Origin: a virus
Lineage: Duplodnaviria > Caudoviricetes
Virus record (IMG/VR): IMGVR_UViG_3300022602_000025
DNA: 64,000 nucleotides
Strand: one strand, 5' to 3'
In this document: positions 35,177 through 45,606 of the stretch, piece by piece
How positions within the stretch are numbered: position 1 is the first letter of the stretch
Layout: each line of letters starts with the position of its first letter
The notes under the pieces: generated by a model
What the model saw: the letters and a program-made list of their open reading frames with translations, nothing else
The model's database searches: none
What the model was told of the DNA's origin: nothing
Made by a program: the position numbers and the translations under genes

Positions 35177-35992
35177 ATGATACGCGGAATTGGCGGAAAG
35201 CCCTACATCAGTTTAGACGAACATCTTGATATACAAGGATTTGTAGATCTGCATCCAGAAATATGCAGAGGCTTTGCGTTGGCCAGAGATTATGCTAAAG
35301 AAGGCACATGGATGAAACCTGGCTTTGATTGGAAAGACGCTAGCTATACAGTCAATTGGAAACCTATCTATAAAGCTGTTGAAGAATATCTGGCATTACC
35401 TACTGAACATCCTATTCGTAAGAATGGTGATGACTTATACTTTACTGACCTAAGTGATTTTAAGAATCGCAATACATTTACCAGATATCTAAAAAGCGTA
35501 CTAGGTGCAAGCGATCCTTACATATACTATTTCTTATGGGAACAGGGCGATTGGAATCAGCGTAATGCTGTCCGTGAACCTACTGAAGAAAGCAAATACT
35601 TTCCAGGTGTTGTCCGTTGGGTAAACAGCCTAGTAGAACAAAACATTATTAGCCAAATTGGACGTGTGATATTCTTTCATTGCGATCATAACGGACTAGC
35701 ATTTGAGCATAGAGATTTAGATGCAGACAATGGTGTGTTAGATAAAGATTCATATACTGATCATCGTAACGAGTTTATACACATCCGTTATAGAACCAAG
35801 CGTGGATTCTACATTTGGGATCCTGATACACAAAACAAATACTATATCAATTCACATGCAGGCTTTTGGAATGACGAAGACTGGCACGGTGGAGATACTA
35901 GTAACGAACAAGAGTATGCACTACGAATAGATTGCGTGTTCACTGATGAGTTCCGCAAGAAACTAGGCATAGATCATTTAGATACTTACTAA
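35177..35992 (+). CDS. 2OG-Fe(II) oxygenase-like cupin
   Basis: GRVIFF...FEHRD...WHGG...ALRID; start moved to 35177. Confidence 0.65.
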   Translation: MIRGIGGKPYISLDEHLDIQGFVDLHPEICRGFALARDYAKEGTWMKPGFDWKDASYTVNWKPIYKAVEEYLALPTEHPIRKNGDDLYFTDLSDFKNRNTFTRYLKSVLGASDPYIYYFLWEQGDWNQRNAVREPTEESKYFPGVVRWVNSLVEQNIISQIGRVIFFHCDHNGLAFEHRDLDADNGVLDKDSYTDHRNEFIHIRYRTKRGFYIWDPDTQNKYYINSHAGFWNDEDWHGGDTSNEQEYALRIDCVFTDEFRKKLGIDHLDTY

Positions 35993-36486
35993 TGGAATAC
36001 ATAGGCAACTACAGTAGTTGGGTTGAACCTTTATGGGAACATAAGGTATTAACAACTGACGGACAAGCTCGCCCTCGTGACTGGCCTCCTGCTACGGCAG
36101 TCGAGTCTGCAGAGTACGACCGGTATCAAACAGCAGGATATGATTTAACTACTGTTAACTGGTGGGTGTATGAAGAACAAGATCTAAACGTACAAATAAA
36201 ACCTACATGGACTACAGGTAAAGTACATTGGTGGTTCACTAAACTACTACCTGGACAGTATATGCCTGTACACACAGATCCACATGCACACGATGCACCC
36301 TGCAATCGTTATTGGATGCCCATGCAAGACTATGCTCCTGGCCATGTATTCATATACGAAGATCAAATGATATCTAACTACAAGATGGGCGACTTGTACA
36401 AGTTTACAGATTCAACAGCACTACACGGTGCTGCCAACATTGGGCATACTCCTAGAGTCATGCTAATGATTACTGAATATCTATGA
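35992..36486 (+). CDS. 2OG-Fe(II) oxygenase (AspH-like cupin)
   Basis: LLPGQYMPVHTD...LHGAAN..HTPR. Confidence 0.8.
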   Translation: MEYIGNYSSWVEPLWEHKVLTTDGQARPRDWPPATAVESAEYDRYQTAGYDLTTVNWWVYEEQDLNVQIKPTWTTGKVHWWFTKLLPGQYMPVHTDPHAHDAPCNRYWMPMQDYAPGHVFIYEDQMISNYKMGDLYKFTDSTALHGAANIGHTPRVMLMITEYL

Positions 36487-37637
36487 TACCAAAAACCTAT
36501 TGCATCTATCCATTTGCATCAGCTAGCTTACAAGCAGACAATACAGTATTGCCGTGTGGACAGTTTATGAAGTCTTCTCTGTTTAAAAAAGTAATTCCTA
36601 TCAACGAAGTGCGTACAGGTCCTGTGATGGAAGAGATGCGCCGTAAGATGTTAAACGGAGAACTAGTTGAAGGTTGTCAATGCTATGCAGAAGAAGCGGC
36701 AGGCATGGGCTCGATGCGTCAAGATGGCATCGCACGATTTGGATTCCAAACAGATTTAAAACTACGCAAGTTAGAATTAGTATTTGATAATGTATGCAAC
36801 ATTAAATGTCGTAGTTGCGGAAGTGTTAACAGTCATCTATGGTATGAAGATGAACTAGCACTTTACGGTGAAACATTATTAGATAAAAAGTATTCTAAGA
36901 ATACCCTATACACAGACTTAGACTTAACCTACTTAGAAGAGATTGAAGTGTTAGGTGGAGAGCCTACAGTTAGTCCAGGTACAGCAGACTTCTTTAAAAT
37001 GATACGTGAACAGGATCGAGCTCGACAGTTACGCATACAGTTAAGCACTAACGGAGTTGAACAAGCATCAGGTGATTTGTTAGATGCTATGCTAAACTGT
37101 AGATACTTACATCTTAATGTAAGTGTTGATGCGTTTGGATCTTTTAATGAATATGTGCGTGGTGGTGCTAAGTTTGAAGCGATAGACAATAGTTTACAAT
37201 TCTACAATACACTTTATGAAAAGCGTCCTGTTGGTACTACTAACATTGTTGTCCATACTGTGGTCAGTATCTACAATGCTAATAAACTAGACTTACTTGA
37301 GAATTGGGTAAGAGAACACTTTCCTAACTTTCAGTTAAGTTATCAAGTGGCACAGTTTCCTGTATTCCTATCAATTAAAAATACACCACAGTCTTATAAA
37401 GATGCCGTTAGGAAATATATTACTAATCAAGAGATAATAAATTATCTTGATTCTCCAGGAGAGGATTACTTCGCTCACTTTATTAACTTTACTGAACAAT
37501 TAGATTCTATTCGTAGCGAACATATACACAGCTACAACGGATTCTTATCTAGCTTTATGAATCTATATCCTAACAGAGTAGAGTTATCTGAAAGCCAACA
37601 GTTCTTTAAACAGGCAATAGTTAAACTAAAGACTTAA
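36483..37637 (+). CDS. radical SAM protein with N-terminal SPASM/twitch-like domain
   Basis: YCIYPF...PCG, GCQC, CNIKCRSC, LGGEP, STNG. Confidence 0.9.
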   Translation: MIPKTYCIYPFASASLQADNTVLPCGQFMKSSLFKKVIPINEVRTGPVMEEMRRKMLNGELVEGCQCYAEEAAGMGSMRQDGIARFGFQTDLKLRKLELVFDNVCNIKCRSCGSVNSHLWYEDELALYGETLLDKKYSKNTLYTDLDLTYLEEIEVLGGEPTVSPGTADFFKMIREQDRARQLRIQLSTNGVEQASGDLLDAMLNCRYLHLNVSVDAFGSFNEYVRGGAKFEAIDNSLQFYNTLYEKRPVGTTNIVVHTVVSIYNANKLDLLENWVREHFPNFQLSYQVAQFPVFLSIKNTPQSYKDAVRKYITNQEIINYLDSPGEDYFAHFINFTEQLDSIRSEHIHSYNGFLSSFMNLYPNRVELSESQQFFKQAIVKLKT

Positions 37638-38857
37638 CACCAGTCCTGATTAATATGCCATGTTGGTTTTATTAGTTGTTTAATATCAGTAACAGTGAAC
37701 TCACGTACTCGTCCTATCATACGCAACTCTGTAAACCCACTTGCGGCTCGCATAGTAAAGTTAAGTTGTGCATCAGGTATGTGTGCTATTAGTTGTTCAA
37801 GTATTTGATTTTCTTTGTATACTCGATGTGTTAGCGGACTTAACATAGTTGTACCTTCGTAACAAAATATGTTAGACAAGTTAATCATAGTAGGTAATGT
37901 ATTATCAAAGTACTGTGTAATATCTTGATCTTCACCTAGCAAATCTAAATGCACAAACTTGTAAGTTACATTATCTAACTTAGGTGCATGATTGCGCCAG
38001 TAGTCTAATGCTCTTAGATTGTAGTCGTAGAATATAACTGTGTTATCCGTGTTTGGATTTAGTAATTCAAAATAAACAGTTCCGCTTGCAGGTATGAACA
38101 GTTGTTGTACATCGCCCTCTGCGGCATTAGCCCATTCGTTGTTCTGTGTATGTACAAAGCGAGTAGCACATACTCGTTCTCTGTGATAGATCCAGGGTAA
38201 ATGTTTTTGCCAATCCTTTTTAGATTCTGGATAATGATGTCGCTTGTTATCTCTAATAGAATCTGTAAACACTTCTACAGTTTCGTTATTGGCAAATGCT
38301 ACTGACAGTATATTCCAGCCGTGTGCTTTATGAGAATATAGTTTATCATCCCAACCTTTGTCAACCCATGTTGGAGTATAGTCATCGTGTATATTGTGTG
38401 TACTACGTATAGGTTCGACCTGTGTATGACTAGCGCCTAGTTCTTGCTGGCCAATTATTGGACAGTTAAATTCTTTATAAGCACTTAGATTAACAATATA
38501 ACATTGTTGGTGCAATTCATAATACGCATCGCCTCTGTCTAATACATGTCCTGCAATAAAGAACTGCTGTTTGCACAATTCGTCTATCGCATCAAAGAAC
38601 TGCATACCATTAATAAATTCTGTGCCTGTACTAAACACAACGGCATGTGTATAAATCTGTTTACTTACGGCCTGCAACAATGTATCTTCATCTAGTCCTT
38701 GATATACATCGTAACCTTTGATGTGTAGATTAGAAATAGTAAAGTCGCTTTGATTCTTAATTAGTTCTTTGGAAAAACCATCACAAGCAGAATCAGTTCT
38801 GTCAACAAAACAAAACACTATCTTAGATGATCCGCCTGGGAATTTTATTATATTCAT
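37634..38857 (-). CDS. hypothetical protein (407 aa), possibly glycosyltransferase/transferase-like
   Basis: long ORF; GHVLDRGDAYYELHQQC, HDDYTPTW, INLSNIFCYEG; family not resolved. Confidence 0.6.
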   Translation of the reverse strand: MNIIKFPGGSSKIVFCFVDRTDSACDGFSKELIKNQSDFTISNLHIKGYDVYQGLDEDTLLQAVSKQIYTHAVVFSTGTEFINGMQFFDAIDELCKQQFFIAGHVLDRGDAYYELHQQCYIVNLSAYKEFNCPIIGQQELGASHTQVEPIRSTHNIHDDYTPTWVDKGWDDKLYSHKAHGWNILSVAFANNETVEVFTDSIRDNKRHHYPESKKDWQKHLPWIYHRERVCATRFVHTQNNEWANAAEGDVQQLFIPASGTVYFELLNPNTDNTVIFYDYNLRALDYWRNHAPKLDNVTYKFVHLDLLGEDQDITQYFDNTLPTMINLSNIFCYEGTTMLSPLTHRVYKENQILEQLIAHIPDAQLNFTMRAASGFTELRMIGRVREFTVTDIKQLIKPTWHINQDWC

Positions 38858-38886
38858 TATAGTAGTACTTATCTATAAATATCGGC

Positions 38887-40050
38887 ATGAGAGAAACTTA
38901 TTGTGCCTTAGGTTGGACAGGCTTAAACATTACTCCAAGAAGTGCGTCTGTTTGTTGCTGGTCAAGCGAACGCATTCCCTATAGCCAAGTCAATCAGTCT
39001 AACGCAATAGAGTCGCCGATACTGTTTGTTACTCGAGATAAGATGTTAAAGAACGAGCTAGTGGCCGGATGCTCACAATGTTATCACAACGAAGACATAG
39101 GCATATGGTCTAGGCGACAGCACGCTAACGAAAGAATTGGTAGAGTTGAGGAAGTTAAGTTACGTACATTAGATATTAGTTTTGATAATATTTGTAATTT
39201 AAAATGTCGCGGATGTATTAGTGCTGCTAGTCATTTGTGGAGAGACGATGAGGAAGCAATATATGGTCGGACGTTCTTTGATAAGAAATATGACAAATCA
39301 AACTTATGGGAATCTATAGATTACAGCGGACTTGATAAAATTATTGTATCTGGTGGAGAACCATTCCTTAGCCCTAATGCAGAAGCATTCTTTGCCAAAC
39401 TAGATAATATTGAAAACATTGATTTAACTGTATCAACTAACGGAACGGTTTTGCCTGGCCCTGCATTTTACAATGCCCTGTTAAATTGTAAATCGCTTGA
39501 CTTATCTATAAGTTTAGAAGGGTACGGGTCAGTAACAGAATACTTTAGAAGTCTTTCAAACTTCGATACAGTGATCGCTAATCTAAGAGAATTAGAAAAA
39601 CTTATTGATCTACGTAAGACAAAGACATTGATACAAATTACAACAGTGGTCAGCATATACAACGCTACTAAGTTATCAGACTTAGGAGATTTCCTTAAAA
39701 AAGAATTTCCAAGAGTTGCATGGTTGACTAAAGTATTGAGTTGGCCTCCACAGTTATCCTTAAGCAACATGCCCGAGGATCTAAAAGATATAATGCGTCC
39801 TGTAATAGAAAGTTATGGACCTAGCCAACAGCACATACTTAATCATTTAAACATGCCCGGAGATAATCTGTTTGAGCATTTTTTAAACTTTCATAATAAG
39901 TTAGATGAGCTACGTAATGAAAACTTAAGAAACTGTAATGAATTATTAGCAGACTATGTTGATGCGTATCAAACACAAAATCCTGTTAGGGTTGACAGCA
40001 AAGAATTTCTTAATACACAAATGTTAAACTTATTGAGCAATCTTGGCTAG
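38887..40050 (+). CDS. radical SAM protein with N-terminal SPASM/twitch-like domain
   Basis: YCALGW...VCC, CSQC, CNLKCRGC, SGGEP, STNG. Confidence 0.9.
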   Translation: MRETYCALGWTGLNITPRSASVCCWSSERIPYSQVNQSNAIESPILFVTRDKMLKNELVAGCSQCYHNEDIGIWSRRQHANERIGRVEEVKLRTLDISFDNICNLKCRGCISAASHLWRDDEEAIYGRTFFDKKYDKSNLWESIDYSGLDKIIVSGGEPFLSPNAEAFFAKLDNIENIDLTVSTNGTVLPGPAFYNALLNCKSLDLSISLEGYGSVTEYFRSLSNFDTVIANLRELEKLIDLRKTKTLIQITTVVSIYNATKLSDLGDFLKKEFPRVAWLTKVLSWPPQLSLSNMPEDLKDIMRPVIESYGPSQQHILNHLNMPGDNLFEHFLNFHNKLDELRNENLRNCNELLADYVDAYQTQNPVRVDSKEFLNTQMLNLLSNLG

Positions 40051-40788
40051 ATTATAACTTCTAACTACTAATTCTGCAAATTCTTCTAGCCTTTCTCCGT
40101 ACCCGTAACTGTGACCAATAACGTGCATACGCGGTTCGTCTGATTGATTTATTACAGCATGGGTATGTCTAATGTTTACGATAAAGGCTTTGCCTTCTTT
40201 AAAAGGCACAACACCTTTGCCTTCTAATACCATATAACAGTTGTCTGGTTGTATAACAGCAATATTGATTGGAATCCCAAATGCAAGTGCATCAAAGTTT
40301 TCTTCTCCAGGAAGTCTACCAGGCATATCGCTATGTGGATTAATTGCACAATCAGGTTCTAGTTCCATAAATCTAATTCTGCGATACTTGTCTGTAGGAA
40401 ACTGTGTTTCCCAGAATCGTCTAATAGTAGGTGCTCTATACGATAATGAGGTCCAATGATATGGTACTGTCTTTTCTTCAGTGTATCCATAGTTTGTCCA
40501 AGCACCTGTGGACGCAATATCAATACCATGTAAGCAAGCACTATTCCAACCTGTGTTTTCATCTTCCCTATGCGGAACTAACCAAGGTGCAGACATAAGT
40601 GATTCTAGTTGCCATCCTCCAATATCTATATTAATATCGAGTTCAAGCCATCCAAAGTCTGTTTGATTTAATAGCCAGCTGGCTATTTCTATATTCGTAG
40701 TAAGATTGCTAGGGACATCTGGCAATGTCCAAGAACAGTCTTTGTTCTTTTGGTAAAATTCTAAGGTGCTCATATCTATCATGTACAT
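40030..40788 (-). CDS. aspartyl/asparaginyl beta-hydroxylase-like 2OG-Fe(II) oxygenase
   Basis: RIRFMELEPDCAINPHSD...THAVIN.SDEPR.H. Confidence 0.85.
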   Translation of the reverse strand: MYMIDMSTLEFYQKNKDCSWTLPDVPSNLTTNIEIASWLLNQTDFGWLELDINIDIGGWQLESLMSAPWLVPHREDENTGWNSACLHGIDIASTGAWTNYGYTEEKTVPYHWTSLSYRAPTIRRFWETQFPTDKYRRIRFMELEPDCAINPHSDMPGRLPGEENFDALAFGIPINIAVIQPDNCYMVLEGKGVVPFKEGKAFIVNIRHTHAVINQSDEPRMHVIGHSYGYGERLEEFAELVVRSYNLAKIAQ

Positions 40789-40825
40789 AGTTATCCGTGC
40801 ATTAAATACAGGATAGGAGACATGG

Positions 40826-41464
40826 ATGCCCAGCTATTTTGGTAATACCGAAGATTTAATTGATTGGAAGTCAGTACTTGAATCAATTAAAGATAAGAAA
40901 GGGATATACGACATATATAACCCTGAGCTAGAGTATGACGATTCGAAACCTGCAGAAGAAACAGCCGCAGAAAAACTAGAAGTAGACATGCAAAGAATGC
41001 TCGAAGAAAACAAGGACAAGGATTACTTTGGGGATATCGTTAAGACTGCTCGCAAAGTACTAGGTGCATGGTGGGACGTTGGTTATAAGAAATCTGAAGT
41101 ATACTGGGAAGATTTTTACGCAGGTGAGCATTTTGATATCGCTGTGCAAGATGCGTTTATTAAACTAACAGGAGAAACTCCTATACGTGTATTCATAACA
41201 CGATTACTTCCTGGTAAAGTTGCACCAATGCACTTTGATGTATTTCCTGATCTAACTCCGTATCAAGCCTTAGGTGAAGTGTCTAGATATACTTGCTTTG
41301 TACAAGAACCGCAATGGGGACATGTTCTTGCATTTAAAGATGCTTGCTATCAAAATCAGCCCGTTGGTAAAATTTACAAATGGAACCATGTTCACGAATG
41401 GCATGCGGCTGCAAACATGGGCCTAACTCCATATTACATATTTCATTTCATAGGTTATAAATGA
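40826..41464 (+). CDS. 2OG-Fe(II) oxygenase (AspH-like cupin)
   Basis: LLPGKVAPMHFD...WHAAAN; paralog of 25275. Confidence 0.8.
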   Translation: MPSYFGNTEDLIDWKSVLESIKDKKGIYDIYNPELEYDDSKPAEETAAEKLEVDMQRMLEENKDKDYFGDIVKTARKVLGAWWDVGYKKSEVYWEDFYAGEHFDIAVQDAFIKLTGETPIRVFITRLLPGKVAPMHFDVFPDLTPYQALGEVSRYTCFVQEPQWGHVLAFKDACYQNQPVGKIYKWNHVHEWHAAANMGLTPYYIFHFIGYK

Positions 41465-42366
41465 CACGCTTACCACATGACAAACGTCATCTGCCCTTTG
41501 GAAATTCTGCTGCTATAATGGATGACGATACGTTGTCTGTATTAGATCAAGTGGACTTATCATCTGCTCTAGCAAGAGATACAGTTGCTGAATACTGTGC
41601 TACCTATAGAGATTGGATACTATCATCTAAGGGTAATACTATAACAGGGCTAGAGCAGTTTCCGTATGCTTGCTATTCTAATGGAACAACAGAATCCTTT
41701 GATAAGTTTTATATCAAAAATCGCACTAGACGTTTTCGTTGTTTCCGCGGCGAGTATATGTATCATCAGCTGATGTGGCGCAACAGCTGGCCGGATTGGT
41801 TCTGGTTAGATGATGCTTGCTTAGATCCTAACGATGCTGTAGTAATCAGTTTACCGTTTAGTGACACGGGCAAAGAACATCATTTGCATCAAGCTCTATT
41901 AGATGGATGTGATGAACTTGGAATTCCTGTGTTAGTGGATTGTGCGTACTTTGGTATATGTTCAGATATTAACTTTGACTTCACGCACAAGTGTATCACT
42001 GATGTGGTGTTTAGTTTAAGTAAGACATTCCCAATAGCACATGCAAGAGCCGGCATTCGTTTTACTAGAACAGATGACGATGATAGTTTATTCGTATGTA
42101 ATAAAGCAGGCTACGTAAACAGAATTGGCTGTGCTATTGGACTAGCATACATGAAACAATTCTCTCCAGATTATATAGTTGACAAGTATAAACAAACTCA
42201 ACTTACATTGTGTAACAAACTATCGGTAGAAGTTAGTAATACTGTATTGTTTGGTATTGGCGGAGAAAAGTGGCAGGAATATAATCGCGGGTGTGCTACT
42301 AACAGACTTAGTTTCCACAAAATGCTACACTTAACTCCTGAGCAGATTAATGACCTACACTGGTAA
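41461..42366 (+). CDS. PLP-dependent enzyme, fold type I
   Basis: NGTTESF, LVDCAYFG, SLSKT, RAGIR; paralog of 29895. Confidence 0.75.
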   Translation: MTRLPHDKRHLPFGNSAAIMDDDTLSVLDQVDLSSALARDTVAEYCATYRDWILSSKGNTITGLEQFPYACYSNGTTESFDKFYIKNRTRRFRCFRGEYMYHQLMWRNSWPDWFWLDDACLDPNDAVVISLPFSDTGKEHHLHQALLDGCDELGIPVLVDCAYFGICSDINFDFTHKCITDVVFSLSKTFPIAHARAGIRFTRTDDDDSLFVCNKAGYVNRIGCAIGLAYMKQFSPDYIVDKYKQTQLTLCNKLSVEVSNTVLFGIGGEKWQEYNRGCATNRLSFHKMLHLTPEQINDLHW

Positions 42367-43492
42367 AATAATTAACTTTGAACTACTGTATGCAGATGAT
42401 CCTATAAAAGACCTGCACAAGCGTATTCTTGTTGACATTGATCAAGCGGCCGAAGAAGGTTGCGATGCAATCGTTGGGCTGATGCTGGTCGATGGATTCT
42501 TATATAAAAATAATGAAGAATTTTATGCAATATTAAATGCTGTCCAAGATTATGCAACAGCCAAAGGTATTAAAAAGAAAATACTAGTACTAGGAATGGC
42601 AGAGCAATATCAACACAAACTAGATGCTAGAGGACTAGACTATGAAATAGTATTTTGGGACTTTAATGTTAATCTAGTATATCAATCATACAAAGATAAA
42701 TCAACAGCACAATGGAATAGCTCTGCAGATAAGTTTTTATTCTTAGGCGGAGTTCCTAGTCGTCCTAATCGCATATCGCTATTGTACAATTATTACATTT
42801 CTGGTTTATTAGAAAATAGTGTTTGGAGTTTCTTTCCTCCATGGACTGACAATGATAAAATAGAATGTAGACAATTATTAAAAGACGTGCCTGCTAACAT
42901 ATACGATAAATTTTTAGTAGACTGTACTAGCTCGATTGATACGCTATATGATGAAGCAAAGGACTATTCAAGATTGTCCAATACAGAAATTAAACAGTCC
43001 AATATACATAATACCCAATGGTGCCAGGATCCATCTTATATAGATCCTAAGGTATTTGAAAGTACAGCATTTAGCGTAGTATCAGAAGGTAACGTGTATG
43101 CTCCGGGCAATGACTATAGATTTTTAACTGAAAAAACTTGGCGAGCTGTTATTAATCGACATCCGTTTATATTTGCTGGAGAACCCGAACAGTTTGCACA
43201 TTTAGAATCTTTGGGCCTACGTTCGTTTACAGATTATCTAACGATTAAAGACTATCCTTACATAACATCAATTCAAAATAGATTCAATGCTATTGTAGAT
43301 AATACCAAACATTTATTAGAAACATTTAAAGAACACTCTGCTCAAATACAAGCAGATGTAGATGCGAACTATAATGTATTTTTACAAATAGTAGAGCAGA
43401 ACAAGCAAACACTTGATAAGCTACAACAACAGTATTCGCTAACTGATATAGATTATTGGTTTGGTCAAAAGAGTTTTACACATTTGGTATAA
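42350..43492 (+). CDS. putative glycosyltransferase (GT10-like C-terminal motif)
   Basis: FSVVSE...FLTEKTWR...HPF...G....LESLGLRSF. Confidence 0.55.
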   Translation: MTYTGKIINFELLYADDPIKDLHKRILVDIDQAAEEGCDAIVGLMLVDGFLYKNNEEFYAILNAVQDYATAKGIKKKILVLGMAEQYQHKLDARGLDYEIVFWDFNVNLVYQSYKDKSTAQWNSSADKFLFLGGVPSRPNRISLLYNYYISGLLENSVWSFFPPWTDNDKIECRQLLKDVPANIYDKFLVDCTSSIDTLYDEAKDYSRLSNTEIKQSNIHNTQWCQDPSYIDPKVFESTAFSVVSEGNVYAPGNDYRFLTEKTWRAVINRHPFIFAGEPEQFAHLESLGLRSFTDYLTIKDYPYITSIQNRFNAIVDNTKHLLETFKEHSAQIQADVDANYNVFLQIVEQNKQTLDKLQQQYSLTDIDYWFGQKSFTHLV

Positions 43493-43493
43493 T

Positions 43494-44057
43494 ATGGACA
43501 TAAGAAATTACCAGGGCGACCTTACAGAAATTACAGCAAAACTGCATGAAGTCTTTGAATACGATGCTATTGCTGAATATCTCAAAACAGCGTATAATGT
43601 AGGAGCAGACAATAACGATATCGATCTTTACGGCAAGCCCGTTAAGGATTACGACAATGTAGATACACACTATCTTTCTTTATACAGTTTAGAAAAGGGT
43701 GATGTTTGTACTGTAGACAGCTTTAAAGAGTTAGTGTCAATTGGTAAAGCATTGCCAGGAGTGAACAAGATACAAATGGTATTCATTGGTCCTAACTCTT
43801 TAGTGCCGTGGCACAAAGATGGGATGCACATGACAGATGAAGAACGCGAAAGAATAAGCAAGTGCAACATCTTAATTCCTGCATGTGTTCCTAAAGGTAC
43901 AACAGAACTAGTTGGAGTTCAACTAGAAGATACAATACTAGATGTACAAGATACAATAGTATTTGAAAGTAAACATCCACACTATGCTTGGAATAAATCT
44001 AGCGAGTGGTGGGTTATATTAATTTGTTACACACAAAGAGGATTTATAAACGAATGA
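43494..44057 (+). CDS. 2OG-Fe(II) oxygenase (AspH-like cupin)
   Basis: IGPNSLVPWHKD...PHYAWN; start moved to 43494. Confidence 0.75.
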   Translation: MDIRNYQGDLTEITAKLHEVFEYDAIAEYLKTAYNVGADNNDIDLYGKPVKDYDNVDTHYLSLYSLEKGDVCTVDSFKELVSIGKALPGVNKIQMVFIGPNSLVPWHKDGMHMTDEERERISKCNILIPACVPKGTTELVGVQLEDTILDVQDTIVFESKHPHYAWNKSSEWWVILICYTQRGFINE

Positions 44058-45109
44058 AGATATCAACACACAACCATTGGGATCCACTAGAAGAAATTAT
44101 AGTAGGCATCGCAGATCACGCTCGTGTGCCTACAGTAGATCGTAGCACTATGAGTATGAGCTACACTAACCATCCTATTGAAAAGATTAAACCTTTAGAA
44201 GGAGCATATCCTCAAGCGTTAATTGACGAAGCAAATGAAGACATGCAAGGACTTGCAGACATACTTAGCAAGCTAGGTGTTATTGTACATCGTCCTAAAG
44301 CAATTGATCATAGCGTAGAGTTTAGTACTCCTGAATGGAAAACTACTGGTTGGTATACTTGGTGTCCTCGTGATTTGTTATTGCCATTAAACAATCTAAT
44401 AATCGAAACTCCTAGTAGCTGTCGTGCTAGATACTTTGAAACTCGTGCGTACCGTGACGTAATGCTATCTGCTATCAAAGATGGCGTCGAGTGGATCGCG
44501 GCTCCTAAGCCTATCCTACCCGATGAAAGCTATCAGTTTGAAGACATTGATCGCAAGCCAAGCCTAACAAACTTAGAGCCAGTGTTTGATGCGCCTAACT
44601 GTGTGCGTATGGGCAAAGACATTATGTTCCAAATTAGTAACACAGGTAATCACTGGGGACTACAATGGTTGCGTAATACACTAGAGCCACGTGGTTATCG
44701 TATTCATCCTGCTGAACACATTTACAGTTACGGACACTTTGACAGTACGATCATTCCCTTACGTCCTGGACTAGTGCTACTAAACAGTAGCCGTGTTACT
44801 CCAGACAACTGTCCTAAACTGTTTGAGAAGTGGGACAAGATATGGTTCGAAGATTGTGTTGTGCAAGGTAGCAAAGTACCTGGGGGTGTTGCTCCGTGTA
44901 GTCCGTACATCGGTATGAACATCCTTAGTGTTAATCCTAACACGATTATTTGCGACAGCACACAAGAGCCACTAATGCGTGAACTAGACAAGTATGGTAT
45001 CGACAGTATTCCTGTACAGTTCCGTCATGCTATGACACTAAGCGGTGGCATACATTGTGCTACACTAGACCTACGCCGTACAGGCACATTAGAAGATTAC
45101 TTTTCATGA
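44054..45109 (+). CDS. amidinotransferase (glycine/inosamine-phosphate amidinotransferase family)
   Basis: WDPLEEIIVG, CPRD, FDAPN, GHFDST, GGIHCATLDL. Confidence 0.92.
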   Translation: MKISTHNHWDPLEEIIVGIADHARVPTVDRSTMSMSYTNHPIEKIKPLEGAYPQALIDEANEDMQGLADILSKLGVIVHRPKAIDHSVEFSTPEWKTTGWYTWCPRDLLLPLNNLIIETPSSCRARYFETRAYRDVMLSAIKDGVEWIAAPKPILPDESYQFEDIDRKPSLTNLEPVFDAPNCVRMGKDIMFQISNTGNHWGLQWLRNTLEPRGYRIHPAEHIYSYGHFDSTIIPLRPGLVLLNSSRVTPDNCPKLFEKWDKIWFEDCVVQGSKVPGGVAPCSPYIGMNILSVNPNTIICDSTQEPLMRELDKYGIDSIPVQFRHAMTLSGGIHCATLDLRRTGTLEDYFS

Positions 45110-45588
45110 TAGAATACGTTACCCGCATTGAGGACTTTTGGACAAGTGATTTACAATCGTTTGTATTTCCGCATCTAAGTCCTACCGGGCAACGTGATAG
45201 CTTTCATACAAATTACAGTAAAGCAAATAATGATTTACCGCAAGCATTTGATAGCGAAATACCTAACTACGAAAAGTTTCCTACAGCACTTGGATTAGAT
45301 AATGTTGCTGTTAGCTGGACCTGTATAGAACCCGGACAGGCTATTCCTATACATCAAGATGCTTTTTATAAACTAAGACAGAAACATTCTGTAGATATAG
45401 AACAATGTGTTAGGTATCTAGTATTCCTACAAGATTGGGAACTCGGCCACTTTGTTGAGTTTGAAAATTTTGAATTAACCAAATGGCATAAGGGTGATGT
45501 TTACAAGTTTGATTATCAAGCTACCCATTGTGCAGCTAATGCTAGTAACTCTAGATTTGTTACTTGCCAAGTAAACAGTCTTAAATAG
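45106..45588 (+). CDS. 2OG-Fe(II) oxygenase (AspH-like cupin)
   Basis: IEPGQAIPIHQD...THCAAN. Confidence 0.78.
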   Translation: MIEYVTRIEDFWTSDLQSFVFPHLSPTGQRDSFHTNYSKANNDLPQAFDSEIPNYEKFPTALGLDNVAVSWTCIEPGQAIPIHQDAFYKLRQKHSVDIEQCVRYLVFLQDWELGHFVEFENFELTKWHKGDVYKFDYQATHCAANASNSRFVTCQVNSLK

Positions 45589-45606
45589 ACTTATATAGAG
45601 GACGAT

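Noticed and set aside
29895-42366. PLP enzymes as the IscS cysteine desulfurase completing the isc set
   Set aside because: Too short, and they lack the IscS HK and catalytic Cys-loop motifs
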